From positions 27,027 through 91,026 of the forward strand of contig CAZSUT010000002.1 of the NCBI GenBank assembly GCA_964610095.1: a stretch of DNA of 64,000 bases. Reading direction: 5' to 3'. Below are positions 35,700 to 43,941 of this stretch, one piece after another. Below the pieces are notes generated by a model, which made no database searches, was not told the origin of the DNA, and worked only from the letters and a program-made list of their open reading frames with translations. The position numbers and the translations under genes are program-made. Each line of letters opens with the position of its first letter. Positions within the stretch are counted from its first letter, which is position 1. Source of the stretch: an uncultured Nitrospirales bacterium (GTDB taxonomy: Bacteria; Nitrospirota; Nitrospiria; Nitrospirales; NS-4).

Positions 35700-36949
35700 A
35701 GGCCTTCGACCTGCTGCCCGCCCTCCTTCACCTCGTGGCCGACGAGGAACGCGCCGGCGATCCCTCCGGTTTCCTCCAGAAACTCCATCACCGGCTGGAG
35801 GAAATGCTGCACCACCCGTCGTTCTACCACTTCAGCGCGGCGGACCGCCTGATGCCCTGGGTGGCCCCGGACAAATCCGTGACGGACCCGCTGCTTCGCT
35901 CCACGATCGTGACGTCCGTGCTCACGACAATCTGGAACGCCGACCGCGCGGCGCGGCGCACCAAGTTGGCCACTGTGGTGACGGAGTTGGTCAAGGCCAA
36001 CAAACGGGTCCTGCTCATCGCACCCGACAACCGGACGCTGACCGAAGCCCTCTTGGCCGCCGCCAAAGGGCTCCGCGGCGCCGGACTCCAGTACCGCAGT
36101 TTCCTCTGTTGCTACGATCCGCCCAGCACCACGAGCGAGGGCGGACTCAACCTGCGGGACCTGATCTTCGACGCACAGGTCTCGGCCTTCATGGGGAAGT
36201 CTCAGTCCGACAAGGCGGGCCTGCGCCGCAAGCTGGAGCGGTATCTGGAACTCACGCCGATCCTCCGCTACAAGGCGGAAAAGCAGAAGGACCTCGATGA
36301 GGTGCGCCACCTCGAATGGCGCCTGCTCACCGCCCTCGGTGACGCGCAGGCTGAGATCAAGCGTCTCCAGAGCATCCTGGCGGGCTATGAACGCCTCCCC
36401 CTCTGGCAACGGCTCGGCATGCAGGTAGTTGGAAGCAACGTCGCCACGATGAAGGAGAACTGCGTGCTCTACGAGGCGCAGAAGCAGGAGTACCTGCATG
36501 AGCTGGAGATTGCGCAGACGCGCATCAACGAGCTCAAGCCGGAGGCCTACGTGGACCCTGAACTGAGGCCCGAGTACGAGGAACTCAAAGGCGAGATCGA
36601 GCGCCTGGGGGGCGTCACAAAGGTGCGGGACGTCCTCGCCATGGAGGAGGACACCAAACGGCTGCCGTTCCTCCAGGCCAAACGGGTCCTCGCCGTCACG
36701 CCCGTCCGCGTGATCGGCGACGCCATCTTCCATTCCATCCGATACGACGCCTTACTGGTCGACGAGGGCCCCCGTATCCCGCTCCCCTTGCTCTTGGCCT
36801 GCGCTTGCCTGGCGCGTGAGCGGATCGTCCTGGCGGGCGATCCGTACGAACTGCCTCCCCCGTCGCCCACCTCGTATGGTATTTCCCTCGGCTGGGCAAC
36901 GTCGCTGACAAGACCGCCCGCTGCACCGGCCCAACCTGCGCCGGCGTAG
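35696..36949 (+). CDS. Degenerate SF1 (Upf1/AAA_11-like) helicase-related protein with a long coiled-coil insert
   Basis: KRVLLIAPDNRTLTEAL and YDALLVDEGPRIPLPLLL...RIVLAGDPYELPPP resemble helicase motifs Ia/II/III, but no GxxxxGK(T/S) Walker A is seen. The GTG start at 35696 is coupled to the upstream stop. The ORF-track N-terminus from 35420 is rejected. Confidence 0.5.
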   Translation: MKAFDLLPALLHLVADEERAGDPSGFLQKLHHRLEEMLHHPSFYHFSAADRLMPWVAPDKSVTDPLLRSTIVTSVLTTIWNADRAARRTKLATVVTELVKANKRVLLIAPDNRTLTEALLAAAKGLRGAGLQYRSFLCCYDPPSTTSEGGLNLRDLIFDAQVSAFMGKSQSDKAGLRRKLERYLELTPILRYKAEKQKDLDEVRHLEWRLLTALGDAQAEIKRLQSILAGYERLPLWQRLGMQVVGSNVATMKENCVLYEAQKQEYLHELEIAQTRINELKPEAYVDPELRPEYEELKGEIERLGGVTKVRDVLAMEEDTKRLPFLQAKRVLAVTPVRVIGDAIFHSIRYDALLVDEGPRIPLPLLLACACLARERIVLAGDPYELPPPSPTSYGISLGWATSLTRPPAAPAQPAPA

Positions 36950-36961
36950 CAGTCACTGTTT

Positions 36962-36986
36962 GTCATTCTGAGCAAAGCGAAGAATC
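36962..36986. repeat. Solo arm of a REP-like element (GTCATTCTGAGCAAAGCGAAGAATC)
   Basis: Similar to the arms of the palindrome at 62083-62179 (GTCATTGCGAGGCGAAGCCGAAGCAATC). It lies in an intergenic gap between convergent genes. Confidence 0.4.
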
Positions 36987-36993
36987 TACCTGC

Positions 36994-37845
36994 TCACTTC
37001 GGACAGGGGTACGGAAACGACACCTCTGGCGGCGCCGATACTGTAAGATGGACCGTGCAGGGTTCGCGCTCCATGGTGAGCTGGCGGTTGGACGAATAGA
37101 CGATCTCGTCCACGGTGAAGGCGGAAGTGTAGCTGACCCGGAGCGTGTCCATGCCGATATCGCTGGACGCCCGCGTCCGGCGGAGAAAGACCTGTTCGCG
37201 GGCGGTCGGATCCGGCTCCTCGCCCGGCTTCGCCCCCCAGGGGATAAAGATCAGCGTCGCCCGTGCAAAGTCCGGCCAGATCTGTCGCCCCACGGCCGGG
37301 TCCTTCTCTAACAGATACCGCGCCACTTCTTCCTGATGCCTCTGATGTTGCTCCCGGTCCGTCTGCATGGAGATGGGGAGCACAGCATTCATCTCAATAA
37401 TCCGTTTCTCCACGTCGGCTCGGGACATGCCCACACGCATCGCTCCCACCGCCCGGCTGATTTCTTCAACCGTCCGGTCATCGATGTCAAAGGCCGCGGG
37501 GTACAGGCCGCACGACACCGGGTGCAAGAAGAGCAGGACCCAGATACCCAGCGTGGCGCGCCAGCGGACGAAAGGCCGCGAGCTGGGATGTGCCTGCTCA
37601 TCGTCATAATACTGACGGATCCAGTTCAGCAGAAAAAACAAGACCAGGGAAACGGGGAAGAGAAAGAGGTGGGTGGTCGCTACGTCATTGATGTCCGGCA
37701 GCCGCGCCGGGATGTCCCATGCCCTCCAGAATGTCAGGACGGCCACCAGCAGCGCCCAGCCCCAGGCGGCGGGGATCAGCGCCTGCCCCGCCCGATCGGG
37801 CGCGATGTCGAGTTTCATCTGACAGTCCCGCACACAGCAACGCAC
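36994..37845 (-). CDS. Hypothetical membrane protein
   Basis: 283 aa with three or four N-terminal TM helices. No motif recognised. An alternative start is at 37818. Confidence 0.5.
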   Translation of the reverse strand: MRCCVRDCQMKLDIAPDRAGQALIPAAWGWALLVAVLTFWRAWDIPARLPDINDVATTHLFLFPVSLVLFFLLNWIRQYYDDEQAHPSSRPFVRWRATLGIWVLLFLHPVSCGLYPAAFDIDDRTVEEISRAVGAMRVGMSRADVEKRIIEMNAVLPISMQTDREQHQRHQEEVARYLLEKDPAVGRQIWPDFARATLIFIPWGAKPGEEPDPTAREQVFLRRTRASSDIGMDTLRVSYTSAFTVDEIVYSSNRQLTMEREPCTVHLTVSAPPEVSFPYPCPK

Positions 37846-37929
37846 TCTAACATCACATGGGTAAAAACACCAGTCAGACAGCGCTTGACGCCTTCTTGCA
37901 AATCCCTGATAATCCCATCTCCGCGCCGT

Positions 37930-38016
37930 GCCGAAGTGGCGGAACTGGCAGACGCACTAGATTCAGGGTCTAGCGCTCGAAAGGGCGTGCGGGTTCAAAT
38001 CCCGCCTTCGGCACCA
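37930..38016 (+). tRNA. tRNA-Leu (anticodon CAG), long variable arm, CCA encoded
   Basis: Acceptor GCCGAAG/CTTCGGC, anticodon stem CTAGA/TCTAG with loop TTCAGGG, variable arm CGCTCGAAAGGGCGT, T loop TTCAAAT. Confidence 0.9.
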
Positions 38017-38033
38017 CATCCCTCCAGCACCGG

Positions 38034-38723
38034 ATGACGCAACTCGAACCAGCGACCCTCCAAGCCATCGCCCGCATTTTCGAGAGCCTGGACTACGCGG
38101 CGCTCGGACCAATCTACTGTGATGAAGGCGGTGATGCCTTCTGGGAGGAACGGCGGGGGCCGTGCCAGGAACTCGGGATCAAGCTGGCCGCTGTCCTGCG
38201 CGACCGCCTCAGCCCAGGCGGCCGGAGCCTGTATGTGGGCGCCGGTGTTGCCGAACTGCCCCCGCTCGTGATGGAAACAACCGAATTGCGCCGGACTGTC
38301 GCCGCCTACAACCTGCGCGCCGACGAGGCGGGGGTGCTCAACCGCGCCTGCACAGGGCTGCCGTTCGAGTTCCAAGCCAACGATGCGCGGGAGGCTGAGG
38401 GCCCCTTCGACCACCTGTGGATCGTCAGCGTGCTGAACGACCCGGAATGCTTCCCGGAGCTCGGCGCGCTGTCCTCAGGACGGGCCAACCCCGTGACGTT
38501 CGACCCGACCGCGTTCACCGTCGAGCGTCAGGCCGTCCTCGTCCTCGCCGCCGGTTGCCTCGGGAAGGTCGCACGCCCGGCCCTCGTCACTACCTCAGTG
38601 GAAGAGATCCCCTGGATCACCGACTGGTGCGAGCGCCACGGCGTCCCGTACGTGGTCGAGGATGAGGACTACCCGACGGCGATCGTCCAGGATCCGATCT
38701 GTTTCATCCGTATTGGTGAATGA
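38034..38723 (+). CDS. Hypothetical protein (weak class-I methyltransferase-like pattern)
   Basis: 229 aa. GRSLYVGAGVAELP is vaguely like SAM motif I. There is no confident assignment. Confidence 0.5.
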   Translation: MTQLEPATLQAIARIFESLDYAALGPIYCDEGGDAFWEERRGPCQELGIKLAAVLRDRLSPGGRSLYVGAGVAELPPLVMETTELRRTVAAYNLRADEAGVLNRACTGLPFEFQANDAREAEGPFDHLWIVSVLNDPECFPELGALSSGRANPVTFDPTAFTVERQAVLVLAAGCLGKVARPALVTTSVEEIPWITDWCERHGVPYVVEDEDYPTAIVQDPICFIRIGE

Positions 38724-38755
38724 CGCCAACCGGCGTCCAGCGGTATACTAGCTCT

Positions 38756-40126
38756 ATGTTCAAAACCATCATCGAGCCCTTCAAGATCAAGGTCGTCGAG
38801 CCGATCCGCATGACGACGCGGGAGGAGCGGCAGGCGGTTCTCCAGCAGGCCCACTACAACATGTTCGGTATCCGGGCCAAGGACATCCTCATCGATCTCC
38901 TGACCGACAGCGGGACCTCGGCCATGTCATCGGAGCAGTGGGCCGCCATGATGCGCGGCGACAACGCCTACGCCGGCTCGAACAGCTTCTACCGGTTCGA
39001 AGCGGCGGTCAAAGACCTGACCGGCTACGCGCACATCATTCCGACGCACCAGGGCCGCGCCGCCGAGCGCATCCTCTTCTCGACCGTCTGCGGCAAGGGG
39101 CAGATCGTGCCCAACAACACGCATTTCGACACGACGCGCGCCAACATCGAAGCGACTGGCGCGGAGGCGGTGGACCTCGTCATTCCGGAGGGCAAGCAGT
39201 CCCAATCCCGCCATCCGTTCAAAGGGAACATCGATTTGAACCGGCTAGACGCGCTGCTCAAGGACGCCAAGCCTGGCCAGGTGCCGCTCTGCATGCACAC
39301 AGTGACGAACAACTCCGGCGGGGGCCAGCCGGTCTCGATGGAGAACCTCCGGCAGACCAGCGCGCTGTGCCATCGCTACGGCGTTCCGTTCTTCCTGGAC
39401 GCCTGCCGGTTCGCCGAAAACGCATACTTCATCAAGCAGCGGGAGTCCGGCTACCAGAACAAGAGTGCGGCGGCCATCGCCCGCGAGATGTTCCGCCTGT
39501 CGGACGGCTGCACGATGAGCGCAAAGAAGGACGGACTGGTCAACATCGGCGGCTTTCTGGGAATGAACAACGAAGACTGGGCCCAGCGGTGCCGAAACCT
39601 CCTAGTCCTCACCGAGGGCTTTCCGACCTACGGCGGGCTCGCCGGCCGCGACCTAGACGCGATCGCACAAGGGCTGCAGGAAGTCCTGGACGAAGACTAT
39701 CTCAAGTACCGGCTCCGCTCGGTGGAATACCTGGCGGAGCGGCTCGACAAGATAGGCTACCCGATCGTGCAGCCGCCGGGGGGCCACGCCGTCTATATCG
39801 ACGCGCGGGCGCTGCTGCCGCACATCCCCCCCACCCAGTTCCCGGCTCAGCGCATCTGCTCGGCTATCTACGAGCATGGCGGCATCCGGAGCGGCGAGAT
39901 CGGCAACGCGATGTTCGGCCGGAACGTGGACGGCCGGGAAATCCCCTCCGACGTGGACCTGGTGCGCATCGCCATCCCGCGACGGGCCTACACGCAGAGC
40001 CACATCGACTACGTGGTCGAAGTGGCCGAGCATGTCTTCAAGCTGCGCGAGACCCTGCGCGGCTTCCGCGTGATCCGGCAGGCGGCGGTATTGCGCCACT
40101 TCACGATCGAATTCGAGCCCATCTAG
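38756..40126 (+). CDS. Beta-eliminating lyase: tryptophanase / tyrosine phenol-lyase family
   Basis: MFKTIIEPFKIKVVEPIRMTTREER...DLLTDSGTSAMS...PTHQGRAAE...SAKKDGLVNIGGF, which contains the PLP lysine. This is strongly TnaA/TPL-like. The start is set to M13 at 38756. The Trp-versus-Tyr specificity is not resolvable by eye. Confidence 0.9.
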   Translation: MFKTIIEPFKIKVVEPIRMTTREERQAVLQQAHYNMFGIRAKDILIDLLTDSGTSAMSSEQWAAMMRGDNAYAGSNSFYRFEAAVKDLTGYAHIIPTHQGRAAERILFSTVCGKGQIVPNNTHFDTTRANIEATGAEAVDLVIPEGKQSQSRHPFKGNIDLNRLDALLKDAKPGQVPLCMHTVTNNSGGGQPVSMENLRQTSALCHRYGVPFFLDACRFAENAYFIKQRESGYQNKSAAAIAREMFRLSDGCTMSAKKDGLVNIGGFLGMNNEDWAQRCRNLLVLTEGFPTYGGLAGRDLDAIAQGLQEVLDEDYLKYRLRSVEYLAERLDKIGYPIVQPPGGHAVYIDARALLPHIPPTQFPAQRICSAIYEHGGIRSGEIGNAMFGRNVDGREIPSDVDLVRIAIPRRAYTQSHIDYVVEVAEHVFKLRETLRGFRVIRQAAVLRHFTIEFEPI

Positions 40127-40196
40127 CAGGGTGCTGAAGCTGGTCTTTTTGAGCATCCTGTAGGAAAGCGAATTGTTGTTTTTGTAAGGTGAGGAT

Positions 40197-40898
40197 TTGA
40201 AAACCATCCGATCATTGTTTAAGCATCTCGCCCGACGAGGAATCTCACCGCTGGCAGATATAGTTCCTACCGAGATCGAAGATTACGCGGTGGCGCACTC
40301 GGTGGCCGAGTCGGACGTCTGTCGGCTGATCCGCGAAGAAACCTACCGCACTCAGGACTGTCCGCAGATGGTGGTGGGTCCGCTGGAGGCGGCGTTTCTC
40401 AAGGTCATGGCCCTCACCGTCCGGGCCAAGCGGGTGTTGGAGATCGGTACGTTCACCGGCTACAGCGCGCTGGCGATGGCGGAGGCGCTGCCGAAGGAAG
40501 GTACGGTCATCACCTGCGAGATTGATCCCGACTCGGCGGCCTTTGCCCGCCGCCACTGGGACAAGAGCCCGCACGGCAAGAAGATCGAAGTCCGCGTAGG
40601 CCCGGCGCTGGAGACGCTCAGAACTCTGACAGGCCCCTTCGACGTGATCTTCATCGACGCCGACAAGGCCAACTATGTGAACTACTACCGACGGGCGAAG
40701 GACCTCATCGCGCCGACCGGCGTGATCCTGATCGACAACGTCCTCTGGAGCGGCAGAGTCCTAAACGCCCGCAACCCGGACCCTTCCACCACTGCCATCC
40801 AGGAACTGAACCGCGTGGTCGCGTCCGACCAGCGCGTGACCGCCGTCCTCCTCACCCTCCGCGACGGCGTCTTCGTGATCAAGCCGAAGCCAGCCTGA
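40197..40898 (+). CDS. Class I SAM-dependent O-methyltransferase (CCoAOMT/catechol-OMT-like, Methyltransf_3)
   Basis: RVLEIGTFTGYSALAMAEALP...VITCEIDP...FDVIFIDADKANYVNYY. The start codon is uncertain (TTG at 40197). Confidence 0.85.
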   Translation: MKTIRSLFKHLARRGISPLADIVPTEIEDYAVAHSVAESDVCRLIREETYRTQDCPQMVVGPLEAAFLKVMALTVRAKRVLEIGTFTGYSALAMAEALPKEGTVITCEIDPDSAAFARRHWDKSPHGKKIEVRVGPALETLRTLTGPFDVIFIDADKANYVNYYRRAKDLIAPTGVILIDNVLWSGRVLNARNPDPSTTAIQELNRVVASDQRVTAVLLTLRDGVFVIKPKPA

Positions 40899-40940
40899 TC
40901 ACAAGCGCACCGATTCCGTACACGCCCACTAACGCTGCAC

Positions 40941-41414
40941 TTACGGCTTGATGTAGATGTAGCCTTCCTTTTGCAGGTCCGCGATCCGCTTCACCGCGAC
41001 CGGATGCAGCGTGGCGACGAACCCCTTCACGAGATTGTCCAGCGTCTTATTGTACATCTTCATCGAAACCTGGCACATCTCCGCGTGCACGCCTTTGTCA
41101 ACGATCTGCTCGAACCGTTTCTTCAGCTCAGGATCCATCTTGTCCTTGTCGAAGAGCTCGAGCGCCGGCCCATGCACGACCAACTCGACGTCGATCTTGT
41201 CCGGCCCGCCTTCGGCGTCAATGTGCTTGTTAATAAGCGCCATCGCATATTTCGCCACCTCAAGATCCTTGCCATCTACATGGTAGAGGACCTTGACCTT
41301 ATCCTTCGCCGGCGTCTCGGCAGCATGCAGCGGGCTGCTCAACGGGAGCATAAGTAGCGCCGCCACGGTCAATGCGGAGACAACCAACCGCCTCTTTATA
41401 GACATCGTAAACAT
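40941..41414 (-). CDS. DsrE/DsrF-like family protein with a signal peptide
   Basis: KVLYHVDGKD...VELVVHGPALELF...AEMCQVSM resembles the COG1416 DsrE-related fold. The ATG at 41414 follows GAGGAGGA. The signal peptide is MFTMSIKRRLVVSALTVAALLMLPLSSPLHA. Confidence 0.55.
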   Translation of the reverse strand: MFTMSIKRRLVVSALTVAALLMLPLSSPLHAAETPAKDKVKVLYHVDGKDLEVAKYAMALINKHIDAEGGPDKIDVELVVHGPALELFDKDKMDPELKKRFEQIVDKGVHAEMCQVSMKMYNKTLDNLVKGFVATLHPVAVKRIADLQKEGYIYIKP

Positions 41415-41600
41415 GGCATCCTCCTCTATGTGAAACTGTCGCGCTAAAAAATGAGCTATCAAGACAGTACGACTACAGCAGAACAAAGGTCAAGCAGGAG
41501 AAGACTAGCGGGTGACACCGCATGGGCGCCCCGATGAGCCAGGGCGCCTACAGGCGAGTCTGCGGGGCTGCTCGGCGACAGGACCCGCGTCTCCGAGCTT

Positions 41601-42788
41601 TCATCGCTCGAACAGCCGCACCTGCTTGGTCTCGGGGTCGTAGCCGACGGTGAGCTTGCCCTCTAGCACCTTTAACAGGTGCTCGCCGGCCAACTGCCGC
41701 CGCCAGCCTTGGAGGATAGGCAGCTTTTCCGCCTCGCCACGCCCGCGCTCCAAGGCGAACAGTTCCAGATCCGCTGAAGTTGCCAGTAGCTGCGGCGAGA
41801 TGGACGCCTCGACGGCCCGGACCTTCAAGGCCGTCCCGAGCAGATCCGCCAGGCCCGCCGTTTCGGGATCGATCCGCCTGCGCTTCTCGACGCGCGGCAG
41901 CTCATGATCGTGCACCGCCAGTCCCTGCTTGACGGCTGCCACGAGCGCCTCGCCGTACTTCTCGACGTGCGACGGCTGGATCCCGCGCAACTGGCCCAAT
42001 GCCTCCACTGTGGTCGGCGAGCGCCGGGCGATCTCGACCAGGATCTCATCGCGCAGGATGCGCCCGCGGGGCCGGTCCCGCCGTTTGGCTTCGTGCTCGC
42101 GCCACGCCGCCACCTCCCGTAGCACGCCGCGCACTCGCGGGCTCAACCCCTCCCAGCCCTTGATGCGCTGATACCGGAGCCGAGGGTCGCGCGCCTCATG
42201 GTCGGCGAGCGACTGGACCCGACGAAACTCCTCTTCTGCCCACTCCAGGCGGCCAAGAGCCTTGAGTCTCCTGACCAGATGGTCGTGCAGCGCCAAGAGA
42301 TACCGGACATCTTCCAACGCATAGGCGATCTGCTCGGGCGTCAGAGGCCGCTGCGCCCAGTTGGTGAAGGTCTCGGACTTCTCCAGGGTGACCTTGAGGA
42401 CTTGGTGCACGAGTTGGGCGTAGCCGATCTGGGGCCCGTACCCGACCATCGCCGCCGCGACCTGCGTGTCGAAGACGGGCGTCGGCACGGACCCGGACAG
42501 CACCGAGAAGATTTCCAAATCCTGCCGGCCGGCGTGGAGCACCTTCAGGATGCGGGTGTCCTCCAGCAGCGAAAAGAACGGGGCCAACTTGGGCGCCTTC
42601 TGGTAGTCGATGATGGCGATGACGTCCCCTGCCGCGACCTGGATGATCTCAAGCCGGGGGTGGAAGGAGTCCTCACCCATGAACTCGGTATCCACCGCCA
42701 GACGGTCGTGGCCTCGGAGCCGTGCGCAGAGGGCGATCAGCTCGGTTTCGTCCCGGATGTACTCAGGGTCTGGCGGCCGCTTCGTCAC
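41601..42788 (-). CDS. rnd: Ribonuclease D (DEDD 3'-5' exonuclease + HRDC)
   Basis: LAVDTEFMGEDSFHPRLEIIQVA and YALEDVRYL. The GTG start at 42788 overlaps the bcp stop (GTGA). The ORF-track N-terminus to 43157 is rejected. Confidence 0.85.
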   Translation of the reverse strand: MTKRPPDPEYIRDETELIALCARLRGHDRLAVDTEFMGEDSFHPRLEIIQVAAGDVIAIIDYQKAPKLAPFFSLLEDTRILKVLHAGRQDLEIFSVLSGSVPTPVFDTQVAAAMVGYGPQIGYAQLVHQVLKVTLEKSETFTNWAQRPLTPEQIAYALEDVRYLLALHDHLVRRLKALGRLEWAEEEFRRVQSLADHEARDPRLRYQRIKGWEGLSPRVRGVLREVAAWREHEAKRRDRPRGRILRDEILVEIARRSPTTVEALGQLRGIQPSHVEKYGEALVAAVKQGLAVHDHELPRVEKRRRIDPETAGLADLLGTALKVRAVEASISPQLLATSADLELFALERGRGEAEKLPILQGWRRQLAGEHLLKVLEGKLTVGYDPETKQVRLFER

Positions 42789-43252
42789 AGGGTCTTCTTG
42801 GCTTGCGCCTCTTCCAGCACCGCCAAGACCTCCTCCTCGTGCGCGTTGACGCGGACGCCCCGGAACACCGCGGCGATCACGCCGTCGGGCGCGATCACAA
42901 AAGTGCTGCGCTGCACCCTGAACAGCCAGCGATAGACGCCGTACGCCTTGCGGACTGCGCCGTCTGGATCCGACAGGAGCCGGTAAGGTAACCGATACTT
43001 GGCGATGAACCGGCGGTGGGAGTCGAGGCCGTCGGCGCTGATCCCGAGCAGTACCGCATTGACCTTGGCAAACTCGGAGGCAGCGTCCCGAAACGCGCAG
43101 GCCTCCTTCGTGCACCCCGGCGTGTTGTCCATCGGATAGAAGAACAGCACGAGCCACCGGCCCTGGAAATCGGCCAGGCGCACGGTCTCACCAGTATCTG
43201 AGAGGAGTGAAAACTCCGGAGCACGGTCGCAGACGGCGGGGACACCGGACAT
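42785..43252 (-). CDS. bcp: Thiol peroxidase / peroxiredoxin Bcp
   Basis: APEFSLLSDTGETVRLADFQGRWLVLFFYPMDNTPGCTKEAC. The start is set to M13 at 43252. Confidence 0.9.
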   Translation of the reverse strand: MSGVPAVCDRAPEFSLLSDTGETVRLADFQGRWLVLFFYPMDNTPGCTKEACAFRDAASEFAKVNAVLLGISADGLDSHRRFIAKYRLPYRLLSDPDGAVRKAYGVYRWLFRVQRSTFVIAPDGVIAAVFRGVRVNAHEEEVLAVLEEAQAKKTL

Positions 43253-43350
43253 GCGTGGATTATACGCTGGATGTCCTGGATGGGCCACCCCGGGCCGCGC
43301 CGTTTGTTGGAGAACCCGACGCGGCCAGTGGCTGGATGAGAAAAGGCAGC

Positions 43351-43815
43351 TTACTTACGCAGGAACGGCTTGGAGTCCTCGCCCGTGAAGCCGGTCACGG
43401 TCAGCAGTTCCATCCCCTTCTTGCCATCAGGGACCGTCACCGTGATCGTCCTGTCGTCCACCTGGGTGAACTTGGCCGGACTGCCAGGACCGAAAGAAAC
43501 CATGCTGACGCATCCGGGCTCGCCGAAGTGCTCACCAGCGATCGTCACCTTGTCTCCGGTCTTGCCTTCATCCGGGGTAACCTTCTTGATCTTGGGCGTC
43601 GCACCGGAGCAGCTCTTGCCCCTCGTCAGCCGAGGCGATTCGGAGGCCTTGGCCTTGTTGCTCTGGATCCCACCGCCTGGCTGCGCAGTTGCCGGGTCTG
43701 ATTTGGCCTTCTTCTCTTTCGTGGACTCCTCAGCCGCCACTGCCAGGCCGACCTGGCCTGCGAACGCGAGCGCCGCCAGGATGCCCACCATCCGCATTGC
43801 CGGAATTCTCACCAT
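43351..43815 (-). CDS. Secreted IPT/TIG-domain protein
   Basis: Signal peptide, a low-complexity linker, then PKIKKVTPDEGKTGDKVTIAGEHFG...TVTVPDG, which is typical of IPT/TIG domains. Confidence 0.6.
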   Translation of the reverse strand: MVRIPAMRMVGILAALAFAGQVGLAVAAEESTKEKKAKSDPATAQPGGGIQSNKAKASESPRLTRGKSCSGATPKIKKVTPDEGKTGDKVTIAGEHFGEPGCVSMVSFGPGSPAKFTQVDDRTITVTVPDGKKGMELLTVTGFTGEDSKPFLRK

Positions 43816-43941
43816 GGTCCCCTCCTATTCATATTCATAAGTCCGCCATTCAGGACAAAAGAACGGGCGTATCGTAGGCTACGAGCGGGGCTGGAGTCAA
43901 GATAAGGCGCACCGGTAGGCAACCAGGCAGGAGAACAGCGC

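Noticed and set aside
38938-40137. 399-aa alternative-frame ORF within the tryptophanase/TPL gene.
   Set aside because: Its extreme Arg/Pro/Gly content marks an off-frame artefact. The frame starting at 38756 gives a full-length TnaA/TPL-like protein.
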